This document shows positions 18,780 through 27,653 of a DNA stretch of 47,705 nt, piece after piece. The DNA lies in NCBI GenBank assembly GCA_041687695.1, contig JAWLBL010000042.1, positions 1 through 47,705 on the forward strand. The letters run 5' to 3'. The notes under the pieces are model-generated. The model saw only the letters and a program-made list of their open reading frames with translations, ran no database searches and had not been told where the DNA came from. The DNA is from Myxococcota bacterium (GTDB lineage: Bacteria; Myxococcota_A; UBA9042; PHBI01; JAWLBL01). A program made the translations under genes and the position numbers. The first letter of the stretch is position 1, and each line of letters opens with the position of its first letter.

Positions 18780-19187
18780 ATGGTGCGCATCGACCTGACC
18801 TACGAGGGCGGCCTGCGGACCGCGGCCCGGCACGCCCCCTCGGGGACCACGCTGCAGACGGACCCGCCGGTCGACAACCACGGGCTGGGCGAGAGCTTCT
18901 CGCCGACCGATCTGCTGGCGACGTCGCTGGGCGCCTGCATGCTGACCATCATGGGCATCCGGGCGCGCCAGCTGGGGCTCGCGCTCGAGGGGACGCAGGT
19001 CTCGGTCGACAAGTTCATGGTCGGGCCGCCCCGGCGGGTCGGTCGGCTGGTCGTCGCCATGGTCCTGCCGCCCGGCGTGCCAGCCGAGCACCGCCCCGCG
19101 CTCGAGGAGGCCGCGCGGAGCTGCCCGGTCGCGCTGAGCCTGCACCCCGACCTCGAGGTCGCGCTGACGCTCACCTACCCGGACTGA
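18780..19187 (+). CDS. OsmC/YhfA-like family protein
   Basis: Y.GGLRT...H..SG...TD.PVDNHG.GESFSPTDL.ATSLGACM and CPV; ATG at 18780. Confidence 0.85.
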   Translation: MVRIDLTYEGGLRTAARHAPSGTTLQTDPPVDNHGLGESFSPTDLLATSLGACMLTIMGIRARQLGLALEGTQVSVDKFMVGPPRRVGRLVVAMVLPPGVPAEHRPALEEAARSCPVALSLHPDLEVALTLTYPD

Positions 19188-19349
19188 CCGCGGCCGCCGC
19201 CCCGACTCGGGTCGTCGCGACCGGGTCGGTGGCGTGTGATGTAACCGGACGGAATACGGGTTTGTGACCGAGAGCGGACGGGCGCGGTTGTGCGACTCCC
19301 AGGCGCCACCTAGCCTGAGACGGTCATCTCGGGACCGTGGGGAGCCGTC

Positions 19350-22300
19350 ATGCAGAGTGTGAGTTGCTTCGGTTACAACCTGGGCGTCGGGTTGGTGGTG
19401 TCGCTGGCGATGCTGGCAGGGGCTTGCGGCGGCGAAGGCGCCGGCGGCCCCGGATCGGAAGCGGACATCCCCAGCACGCAGCCGGACGTGGACGCGACGG
19501 ACGCGACGGGGCAGCCCGACCTGCCGAAGTCTCCCGACGGGGACCCCGGAGACACGACGGCCCAGCCGGACCCGGGCGGGCCCGACGATACCGCCCTCGG
19601 CGAGGACTACGTGCCGTCGCCGGGCGAGTTCCTGCATCCCTGTGTCGAGAACGCCGACTGCTACTCGGGGTTCTGCGTGCCGACCGAGCAGGGGCACGTG
19701 TGCACCAAGACCTGCACCGGGTCGTGCCCGAACGACTGGCGCTGCACGGGCGTGACGACCAGCGGCACGGACATCGCGTTTCTGTGCCTGCCCGACTCGA
19801 GCAAGCTCTGCGCGCCGTGCACGGTCGACTATCAGTGCAACGGCGGCTACTGTCTGGGGCTGCCGGGCGGGGCGAGCTGCACGCGGCCGTGCTCGGACGA
19901 GCAGCCGTGCCCGAACGGGTACGCCTGCGAGGAGCGGACGAGCGACGAGGACGGGTCGAAGACCAGCATGCAGTGTGTGCCGGTGACGGGGCGGTGCGAC
20001 TGCTCGGTCGCCAACCACGGCGAGGAGCGGCCGTGCGTGGTCGAGAACGGATTCGGCAAGTGCTGGGGGGCGATGGTCTGCGACGGGCAGGCGGGCTGGG
20101 GCGCGTGTGACGCGGCCGAGCCGGTCGCCGAGATCTGCGACGGCGTCGACAACGACTGCGACGGCCTGGCGGACGAGGGGGCGGTGGCGCCCGAGGAGGA
20201 CTGCAGCGTCGTCAACGGCTTCGGGGCGTGCGCGGGCGTGTGGACCTGCGGCGGCGCGGACGGCTGGCTGTGCAACGCCAAGGAGCCGGCCGAGGAGCTG
20301 TGCAACTACGTCGACGAGGACTGCGACGGGGTCGTCGACCAGACCTTCCGGGACGCGGAGAGCGGCGAGTACCTGAGCTACGAGCACTGCGGGCTGTGCA
20401 ACAACTCCTGCGAGGGGAAGATCCCGTTCGCGACCGAGACGGCGTGCGCGCTGGTCAATGGCAAGGCGGGGTGCATCGCGGTGACCTGCGCCGTGGGTTA
20501 CGCGATCCCGGCGCAGACCAACCAGGCGTGCGTGCCGGTGGGCGGCGGGACCGACTGCTCGCCGTGCCTGGGCGACGCGACGTGCGAGGACCTGCCGGGC
20601 GGGCAGTGCGAGGCCCTCGAGGGCGGCAACTACTGCACGCGGGCATGCGAGGCCGACGAGGACTGCGTGGGGCCGCTGACGTGCCAGGAGGGGCGCTGCA
20701 AGCCGGTGAGCCTGTCGTGCTCGTGTCTGCCGTCGAACGCGGGGCAGACGCGGCCGTGCCTGCAGGCGAACGAGCACGGGGTGTGCTACGGGCAGGAGAC
20801 CTGTGACCCGACGGCGCCGCCGGGCTGGTCGGCGTGCACGGCGGCGACGCCGGCCGAGGAGGTCTGCGACGGGCTGGACAACGACTGCGATGGGCTGGCG
20901 GACGAGGGGGTGATGCACGACCCGCCGCAGTGCGAGGTGACCAACGCGTTCGGCACGTGCACGGGCGTGTACGTGTGCGGCGGCGCCGCGGGGTGGACCT
21001 GCGCGGTGGCGACGCCGGGCGAGGAGGTCTGCGACTACATGGACAACAACTGCGACGGCGTGGCCGACGAGGGGTTCAAAAACGCGAGCGGGCAGTACGT
21101 CGACGACGCCAACTGCGGGGCGTGCGGCATCTCGTGCGACGGGGCGCTGCCGAACGCGACGGCCGCATGTTCGGCCGACAGCGGGACGCCGCGGTGCGAG
21201 GTGGTCGAGTGCGCGCCGGGCTTCGTGCAGAAGGGGCCGCTGGCCTGCCTGCCGGCGAACCTGGACGCCTGCCTGCCGTGCGCGACCGACGACAACTGCC
21301 CGGGCGGCGCGTGCATCACGTTGACCGACGGCAAGTACTGCATGAACCCCTGCCAGGACGACTCGGCCTGCCTGGACAAGTACAGCTGCCAGGAGATCGA
21401 AAACGGCGGCTACTGCCTGCCCAAGACGCTGTCGTGCCAGTGCGACGGCACCAACACGAACCTGCTGCGCGGCTGCGAGGTGGTGTACGAGCCCACGAGC
21501 GGGCCGAGCTACGGCTGCTTCGGCTTCCAGCAGTGCACGGCGACCGGTTGGGGCGACTGCGCGCTGCCCGAGGAGAAGTGCAACCTGCTCGACGACGACT
21601 GCGACGGCCTCACCGACGAGGACTTCATGGACGAGGCCGGGCAGTTCAAGAGCGACCAGCACTGCGGGGCCTGCGGCAACGACTGCACGCTGCTGCAGTT
21701 CCCGGGCGGCGGCGGCGTGTGCAACACCCTGTTCGACCCGCCGATCTGCTCGATGGCCTGCTCCGACGGCTGCACGGACGTCAACGGCCTGTCGTCCGAC
21801 GGCTGCGAGTGCTGCAACCCGCAGCCGACCGACCTCCCCGATCCGCTGGGCTACGACGCGAACTGCGACGGCATGGACGGTGAGAAGTTCAACGGCGTCT
21901 TCGTCAGCAAGGAGGGCGACGACGCCAACACCGGCCTGTGGGGCGACCCGAAGCTGACCATCCAGGCCGGCATCGACGCGGCGGTGGCGATGGGCAAGCG
22001 CGACGTGTACGTGGCGACCGGCGTGTACATCGAGGCCATCACCCTGGCGCCGGGCGTGGGTGTGTACGGCGGCTACAGCGCCGACTACGACGTCCGCGAC
22101 ACGGTGCCCTACGAGAGCGCCATCCTGGCGCCCGCGCCGACCCTGACGCGTCCCGGGGCGGTGAACGCCATGGGGATCACCGGCGGCGAGGCCGGCACCG
22201 CGGTCTTCGACGGCTTCAGCGTCTACGCCTACCACAACAAGCTGCCGGGCCAGTCGTCGTATGGCGTGTACCTGCTCGACGTCGACGCCACCCTGCGCGT

Positions 22301-23426
22301 CTCCCACAACATCGTCGTCGGCGGCTCGGGCGGCAAGGGCGCCCGCGGCACCGACGGGCTGGCGGGCGGCGACGGCAGCGCTGGCGTCACCGGCATCGAC
22401 GCCTTCGACCTGGCCAACGAGTACGGGGTAGGCGTGGTCTGTAGCGACGCGCTGCACCGCTCGATGGGCGGCTCCGGCGGGGCCGGCAGCTGCGGCGGCG
22501 TCGAGACCAGCGGCGGCAAGGGCGGCAACCGCATCTGCCCGGTCAGCCCGGCGACCAAGGTCGTGGTGGGGCCGACGGCCGAGGCGTGGGGCGCGGTCGG
22601 AGCGAACGGCGGCGGGGCGGCCGGCAAGCCGGGCTGGGACGTGTGGCACCAGGCCTACTCGTGCGCGGCCTTCGACACCTTCGACACGGTCGAGGGCGGC
22701 GACGGTCAGGACGGCCCGTCCGGCAGCCACGGCCAGTCGGGCGACGGGTGCGGCGATGCGGACGGCTCGGTGGTCGGTGGGCTGTGGGCGCCCGGGGTGG
22801 CCAGCGCCGGCACCAGCGGCACGCACGGCGGGGGCGGGGGCGGCGGGGGCAGCGGCGCGGGCGCGTTCCTGCACAGCTCGTGCCTGGGCGACTACGGCGG
22901 GCACAACTTCGGCGGCACGGGCGGCGGCGGCGGCTCGGGCGGCTGCGGCGGCACGGCCGGCACCGGCGGGACCAGCGGTGGCGGGGCCTTCTCGGTGTTC
23001 GTCGCGTGGACGGCGCCGCCGGCGAGCGTGCCGCAGCTGGCGGACAACGTCCTGCACGGCGGCTTCGGCGGCGACGGCGGCGACGGCGGCAACGCGGGGA
23101 CCGGCGGCTCGGGCGGCGCGGGCGGCTTCGGTGGCACCGGCGACGGCGGCTTCGCCGACAGCAAGGACCTCTTCCCGGCCTTCAAGGGCGGCAAGGGCGG
23201 CAAGGGCGGCAACGGCGGACACGCGGGCGGCGGCGGCGGCGGCTGCGGCGGGCCGGCCATGCAGATCTACGTGGCGGGCGCGGGTGACGTCGACCTGACC
23301 GCGTGGAAGGCCGACAACGTGTTCGGCACGCCCGGGACCGGCGGCGCGCCGGGGCTGGGCGGGTTCTCGCTGGGCAACCCGGGCGGGAGCGGCGCCATGG
23401 GCGCGACGACCGAGACCAATTTCTAG
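19350..23426 (+). CDS. Large Cys-rich surface lipoprotein with ExCDGxDNDCDG repeats, a DUF1565-like segment and a Gly-rich C-terminus
   Basis: Lipobox LAGAC; about five EICDGVDNDCDG-type motifs; VFVS..GDDAN.G...DP..TIQAGI; GGxGG-rich tail. Confidence 0.8.
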   Translation: MQSVSCFGYNLGVGLVVSLAMLAGACGGEGAGGPGSEADIPSTQPDVDATDATGQPDLPKSPDGDPGDTTAQPDPGGPDDTALGEDYVPSPGEFLHPCVENADCYSGFCVPTEQGHVCTKTCTGSCPNDWRCTGVTTSGTDIAFLCLPDSSKLCAPCTVDYQCNGGYCLGLPGGASCTRPCSDEQPCPNGYACEERTSDEDGSKTSMQCVPVTGRCDCSVANHGEERPCVVENGFGKCWGAMVCDGQAGWGACDAAEPVAEICDGVDNDCDGLADEGAVAPEEDCSVVNGFGACAGVWTCGGADGWLCNAKEPAEELCNYVDEDCDGVVDQTFRDAESGEYLSYEHCGLCNNSCEGKIPFATETACALVNGKAGCIAVTCAVGYAIPAQTNQACVPVGGGTDCSPCLGDATCEDLPGGQCEALEGGNYCTRACEADEDCVGPLTCQEGRCKPVSLSCSCLPSNAGQTRPCLQANEHGVCYGQETCDPTAPPGWSACTAATPAEEVCDGLDNDCDGLADEGVMHDPPQCEVTNAFGTCTGVYVCGGAAGWTCAVATPGEEVCDYMDNNCDGVADEGFKNASGQYVDDANCGACGISCDGALPNATAACSADSGTPRCEVVECAPGFVQKGPLACLPANLDACLPCATDDNCPGGACITLTDGKYCMNPCQDDSACLDKYSCQEIENGGYCLPKTLSCQCDGTNTNLLRGCEVVYEPTSGPSYGCFGFQQCTATGWGDCALPEEKCNLLDDDCDGLTDEDFMDEAGQFKSDQHCGACGNDCTLLQFPGGGGVCNTLFDPPICSMACSDGCTDVNGLSSDGCECCNPQPTDLPDPLGYDANCDGMDGEKFNGVFVSKEGDDANTGLWGDPKLTIQAGIDAAVAMGKRDVYVATGVYIEAITLAPGVGVYGGYSADYDVRDTVPYESAILAPAPTLTRPGAVNAMGITGGEAGTAVFDGFSVYAYHNKLPGQSSYGVYLLDVDATLRVSHNIVVGGSGGKGARGTDGLAGGDGSAGVTGIDAFDLANEYGVGVVCSDALHRSMGGSGGAGSCGGVETSGGKGGNRICPVSPATKVVVGPTAEAWGAVGANGGGAAGKPGWDVWHQAYSCAAFDTFDTVEGGDGQDGPSGSHGQSGDGCGDADGSVVGGLWAPGVASAGTSGTHGGGGGGGGSGAGAFLHSSCLGDYGGHNFGGTGGGGGSGGCGGTAGTGGTSGGGAFSVFVAWTAPPASVPQLADNVLHGGFGGDGGDGGNAGTGGSGGAGGFGGTGDGGFADSKDLFPAFKGGKGGKGGNGGHAGGGGGGCGGPAMQIYVAGAGDVDLTAWKADNVFGTPGTGGAPGLGGFSLGNPGGSGAMGATTETNF

Positions 23427-23524
23427 GGACCACCGGAGGGGGAGGGGGCTCGCGCCGGCGGCGGGGTCACGGCCAGACCGTGATCCCGTCGCCCGGTCGA
23501 GCGCTCGGCCTGGGGGCTCGAAAC

Positions 23525-23561
23525 GACGAGGGGCCCCGGCCAGGCGCCGAGACCCCTCGTC
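23525..23561. terminator. GC-rich hairpin between convergent genes; possible terminator
   Basis: GACGAGGGG...CCCCTCGTC inverted repeat; no U-tract. Confidence 0.3.
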
Positions 23562-23579
23562 CTGTCGACCTTCGGCTGG

Positions 23580-24578
23580 CTACTCGCCGGACGGGCCGAA
23601 CTTCAGCGGCTCGCCGTGGCTCCAGGCCAGCGGGTTGGCCTGCAGGCCGAAGGCGATCTCCGTCCACTTGCAGGCGATGTCGGCGTCGCCGTCGCCCTCG
23701 GCCTTGTCGACCTCGAGCTGAAAGAAGCGCTCGCGCAGCTCGTCGGACGGGCGCGACAGGAGCTGCATCAGGGACTTGGCGGCCTCGGACGGCTCGAGCA
23801 TGCGCGGCTGCCAGCGGCCGTAGACGCGCTCGTTGTCGACGTAGTCCTCGGTCATCCCAGTGCGGACGAACGGGTAGCCGACGGTCAGCGCCGTCACCTG
23901 GTCGGCGTTGCGGCCCAGGTTGAGGGCGAGGACCTTGGGCAGGATCGACACCGCCCAGTTGGCCACGACGTAGCCGGGGACGCCCGGCCCGGGGTCGACC
24001 GCCTGGCGCGACGAGATGTAGACGACGGTCAGCGGCTCCTTGGCCTCGAGGGCCTCGCTGGCCCACAGGTGGGTCATGGCGAGGAAGCCGTCGACCTTGG
24101 TGTCGACCACGTCGTGCGACTGGCGCAGGTTGTCGACGAAGGCCTGGCGGACGCGGGCGCGGCGCCACGCCATCGGCTCGTCATCGAGGTGCTTGGGCGC
24201 GCGGCCGAGCAGGTAGCCGCTCTCGGACAGGCCCGAGTTGCAGATGAGCAGGTTCGGGGGCTTGCCGCCCATCTTCTCGATGACGTGGCTGCGGATGGAC
24301 CAGACGTCGCGTGGGTTGGTGACGTCCGCCTGGATGGGGAAGGCCCGCCCGCCGCGGGCCTCGATGAGCGCGACCGTCTCGAGGCCGTCGGAGTAGCTGT
24401 TGTGGAAGTGGATGCCCACCGACTCGGCGCCGTTGAGGCCGGCAGCGAGCGCGAAGGCTTGACCGAGGCCGCCGTCCTTGCCGGCGCCCGTGATGAGGAC
24501 GCGCTTGCCGCGCAGGCTCTCGGTCAGGGAGGGGGGCAGTTCGAAGTTGGCGGGATCCGCCTTGATGGCCAATGACAA
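23580..24578 (-). CDS. Atypical SDR-family oxidoreductase
   Basis: TTG start after AGGAGG; VLITGAGKDGGLG, QADVT, LLICNSG, YISS, and PFVRTGM; the catalytic position reads YVVAN instead of YxxxK. Confidence 0.75.
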   Translation of the reverse strand: MSLAIKADPANFELPPSLTESLRGKRVLITGAGKDGGLGQAFALAAGLNGAESVGIHFHNSYSDGLETVALIEARGGRAFPIQADVTNPRDVWSIRSHVIEKMGGKPPNLLICNSGLSESGYLLGRAPKHLDDEPMAWRRARVRQAFVDNLRQSHDVVDTKVDGFLAMTHLWASEALEAKEPLTVVYISSRQAVDPGPGVPGYVVANWAVSILPKVLALNLGRNADQVTALTVGYPFVRTGMTEDYVDNERVYGRWQPRMLEPSEAAKSLMQLLSRPSDELRERFFQLEVDKAEGDGDADIACKWTEIAFGLQANPLAWSHGEPLKFGPSGE

Positions 24579-24733
24579 GGTCAGCCTCCTGGCTCGCGTC
24601 GGGTAGGTCTCCGGGGGTCGTCGCGCGCGCGTGACGCGCTGCGTCAACCTAACCTCGGCGCGGGTCCGGAAGCAACGGCGAGGGTGGGAGCCGGGTCACC
24701 GGGAGGTCCACGGCGCCCGGCTCCGCCGTGACG

Positions 24734-25198
24734 TCAGCGGCCGCCGCCCCGGACGTTGTAGCGCGTGCGGTGGACGACCTGCGTGCGCTGACCACCGCGG
24801 CGGTGGTCGCGGTAGACGCGCTGGTTGCCGCGGTGCGAGGCGCGGTGCTCGACCTTGCGGTGCCCGCGATCGACGACCACGACCCTCTCCTTCACCACGG
24901 TCGGGCCGGGCACGTACACGACCTCGGGCTGCGGGGCGTAGTAGGTGTCGTAGACCGGCTGCGGCGGGTAGTACACGGGGGCCGGCGGCGCGTAGACGAC
25001 CGGCGGCGCGGGCTGCTGGACGACCACGACCGGCGGGGGCGGGGGCGGGCCGTAGTCGAGGGCGATGCCGGAGCCGCCGCCGCCGAGGACGACCTGCACG
25101 CGGAGGTCGCTGCGGTGGCGGGCGTGGGCGTCCGGGGTGGCGGCCAGGGTGACGAGGGCCGCGGCCGCGAGGGCGGAGAGCGTGAGGACGGGCTTCAT
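24734..25198 (-). CDS. Secreted Pro/Tyr/Val-rich low-complexity protein
   Basis: Signal peptide ending AHA; PPPPPVVVV/PVYY repeats; basic His/Arg tail; GGAG RBS. Confidence 0.65.
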   Translation of the reverse strand: MKPVLTLSALAAAALVTLAATPDAHARHRSDLRVQVVLGGGGSGIALDYGPPPPPPVVVVQQPAPPVVYAPPAPVYYPPQPVYDTYYAPQPEVVYVPGPTVVKERVVVVDRGHRKVEHRASHRGNQRVYRDHRRGGQRTQVVHRTRYNVRGGGR

Positions 25199-25321
25199 GT
25201 CGATTCACTCCTGAGAGGGGTGGCCGGGGGGAGGTGGCCGACCCGGAGCCATCGACGCGGCCCGCCGGGAGCCATTCACCGCGATGATTCGAAAATGTGC
25301 GAAAGGATTGCTGTTTTTCGA

Positions 25322-25726
25322 TCAGGAGCCGCTGCCGCGGCCGGTGGCGACGATCATCGCGCCGCGGACGAGGTTGGGCGCCTTGGCGTTGCGGCGGGCG
25401 CGCTCGCCGCGGCCGACGGTGGCGCGGCCGAGCTTCATGTCCAGCTCCGTCTCGATGACGGCGAGATCGGCGAGCAGCGCGGCCCGCGCCTCGGGCGGCG
25501 CGGCGGCCGCCTTGTCGCGTAGGGCCGCGGCCTCGCGCATCAGCTCGACCTCGCGCGGGACCGCGCCGGCGTTGCGCATCACGGTCAGGTAGACGCGCTG
25601 CTCGAGCGGGAGGTTGGCGTCGCCCAGCTCGCGGAGCGGCTTGCCCTTGTTCTTCAGGTTGTCGAGCTCGCCGCGATCGACCGCCTCCTGGATGCGGCGC
25701 TCGGCGATGAAGGTGACCCAGTCCAT
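25322..25726 (-). CDS. DUF1992 (DnaJ-C28 conserved domain) family protein
   Basis: IAERRIQEA..RGELDNL..KGKPL and MRNAG.VPREV. Confidence 0.8.
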   Translation of the reverse strand: MDWVTFIAERRIQEAVDRGELDNLKNKGKPLRELGDANLPLEQRVYLTVMRNAGAVPREVELMREAAALRDKAAAAPPEARAALLADLAVIETELDMKLGRATVGRGERARRNAKAPNLVRGAMIVATGRGSGS

Positions 25727-25911
25727 GGCGGCTCCCTTGCGCGCGTGGCGTGCGCGCGAGGATGCAATCTGGGCGCGGGGGCGGCTCGGGGCAAGAGGGT
25801 GGCCTGGGAGCACGCGCACAGGCGGTGTGCGGGATGGCACGCTCGGCGCGGTTCGCAACACGGCGGTGCGCGTTGTGGCCCTACGGCACGATTCGTGCTG
25901 TGTTCTCGCCC

Positions 25912-27576
25912 ATGACGACGGAAGCGCTCACCCACCTGATCAGCCACCTCCTGGGAGGTCTGGGCCTCTTCCTCCTCGGCCTGGGCCTGATGACCGACGG
26001 CCTCAAGCGCGCGGCCGGCGGGGCCCTGCACCGGATCCTGAGCCGCTGGACCCGCACCCGCTGGCGCGCGCTGCTGGCCGGCCTGCTCATCACGACCCTC
26101 GTGCAGTCCTCCAGCGCGGTCACCGTGGCCACCATCGGCTTCGTCAACGCCGGCCTGCTCGGGCTCGGCGGCGCCGTCTGGGTCATCTTCGGCAGCAACG
26201 TCGGCACCTCCTTCACCGCCTGGCTCGTCGCCCTCGTCGGCTTCGACATCGACCTCGAGGCCTTCGCCCTGCCCATGGTCGGCGCCGGCGTCATGCTGCG
26301 CCTGACCGGCGAGTCCCACCGCCGCGGCGCCTGGGGCGGGGCCCTGGCCGGCTTCGGCCTGTTCTTCGTCGGGCTCGACCTCCTCCAGGGGGCCTTCGGC
26401 TCGCTCGGTGACGCCGTCGACCTCAGCGCCCTGGCCGACGCCGGGCTGCTGGGGACCGTCGCCTTCGTGGCCGTCGGCGCCGTCCTGACCATCCTGATGC
26501 AGTCGTCGAGCGCCGCCCTGGCCGTGACCCTGACCGCCGCCAACGCCGGCCTCATCGACCTGTCGGCCGCGGCCGCCCTGGTCATTGGCGCCAACATCGG
26601 CACCACCTCCACGGCCGCGCTCGCCACCCTGGGCGCCACCCCGGCCGCCCGCCGCGTCGCCGCGGCCCACCTGGCCTTCAACGTCCTGACCGCCGCCACC
26701 GCGCTGGCGCTGTTCCCGCTCCTGCTCGCCGCCGTCGAGGCCCTGGGCCGCACGGCCGGCGACGGCGGCGAGATCGCGATGACCCTGGCCATCTTCCACA
26801 GCACCTTCAACGTGCTGGGCGTCCTGCTCATGTGGCCGCTGTCGGGCCGCCTCGTCGCCTGGCTCGAGCGCCGCTTCCGGACCGCCGACGAGGACGAGCG
26901 GCGCCCGCGCCACCTCGATCCCAACGTGCTGGCCGTGCCGCACCTCGCCGTCAGCGCCATCGCCCTCGAGCTGGGCCGCCTCGGCGCCATCGCCCTGCGC
27001 ATGGGGCGCGCCGCGCTCAGCCACGAGGGCGCGCCGGGGCCGCGCATGGCCCGCGACGGCGAGACCGTCGACGCGCTCGGCGGGCTGGTCGCCGACGCGG
27101 TCGCCAGCCTCAGCCGAGGGCCGGTCGCCCGCGAGGTCGCCGACCGCCTGCCGGTGCTGCTGCTCGTGCGCGACCGCTACCTGCGCGTCGCCGAGCACGC
27201 CCAGGAGGCCGCGCGCTGGGGGGCGACGCCCGGGGCCGCCGAGGGGGCCGGGCAGCACGCCGCGCTGGCGCAGTACCTCGCGGAGGCCGGGCATCTGCTC
27301 GACGGCGCCGAGACGTGGCGTTCAGGCTGGTCGCCGTCGGCGCTGCAGGGGCGGGTGACGGCGCTCGAGGAGGGGTTCGAGCCGCTGCGCATCCAGCTGC
27401 TCAAGGCGGGCGCCGCCGGGCAGCTGGGGGTGCGCGCCATGGACGCGCAGCTGCGTCGCATGACCGCGGTGCGGCGCATGGCCAGCGACGCCGCCGAAGC
27501 CGCGACGCTGCTGGCCGGGGGCGCCGCGCCGAGCGAGCCGGGGACCGCCGACGCGCCGCGCCGCGCGGCCGCGTGA
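25912..27576 (+). CDS. Na+/phosphate cotransporter family (PNaS) protein
   Basis: GGLGLFLLG; two QSSSA repeats with G(S/A)N(V/I)GT motifs; helical PhoU-like C-terminus. Confidence 0.9.
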   Translation: MTTEALTHLISHLLGGLGLFLLGLGLMTDGLKRAAGGALHRILSRWTRTRWRALLAGLLITTLVQSSSAVTVATIGFVNAGLLGLGGAVWVIFGSNVGTSFTAWLVALVGFDIDLEAFALPMVGAGVMLRLTGESHRRGAWGGALAGFGLFFVGLDLLQGAFGSLGDAVDLSALADAGLLGTVAFVAVGAVLTILMQSSSAALAVTLTAANAGLIDLSAAAALVIGANIGTTSTAALATLGATPAARRVAAAHLAFNVLTAATALALFPLLLAAVEALGRTAGDGGEIAMTLAIFHSTFNVLGVLLMWPLSGRLVAWLERRFRTADEDERRPRHLDPNVLAVPHLAVSAIALELGRLGAIALRMGRAALSHEGAPGPRMARDGETVDALGGLVADAVASLSRGPVAREVADRLPVLLLVRDRYLRVAEHAQEAARWGATPGAAEGAGQHAALAQYLAEAGHLLDGAETWRSGWSPSALQGRVTALEEGFEPLRIQLLKAGAAGQLGVRAMDAQLRRMTAVRRMASDAAEAATLLAGGAAPSEPGTADAPRRAAA

Positions 27577-27653
27577 CACCGCGCGAGCCCTGAGCCCTTT
27601 GCACGGGCGGCCGCGGGCGGTAGAACGCCCGGACCAACCGAGCGGGGGCAGGG

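Noticed and set aside
18654..23222. 1522-aa minus-strand ORF
   Set aside because: Antisense shadow of the Cys-rich lipoprotein and OsmC genes.
25205..25321. AT-richer patch with TCGAAAA...TTTTCGA inverted repeat and an ECF-like promoter
   Set aside because: The motifs are too short to support without comparative or TSS data.
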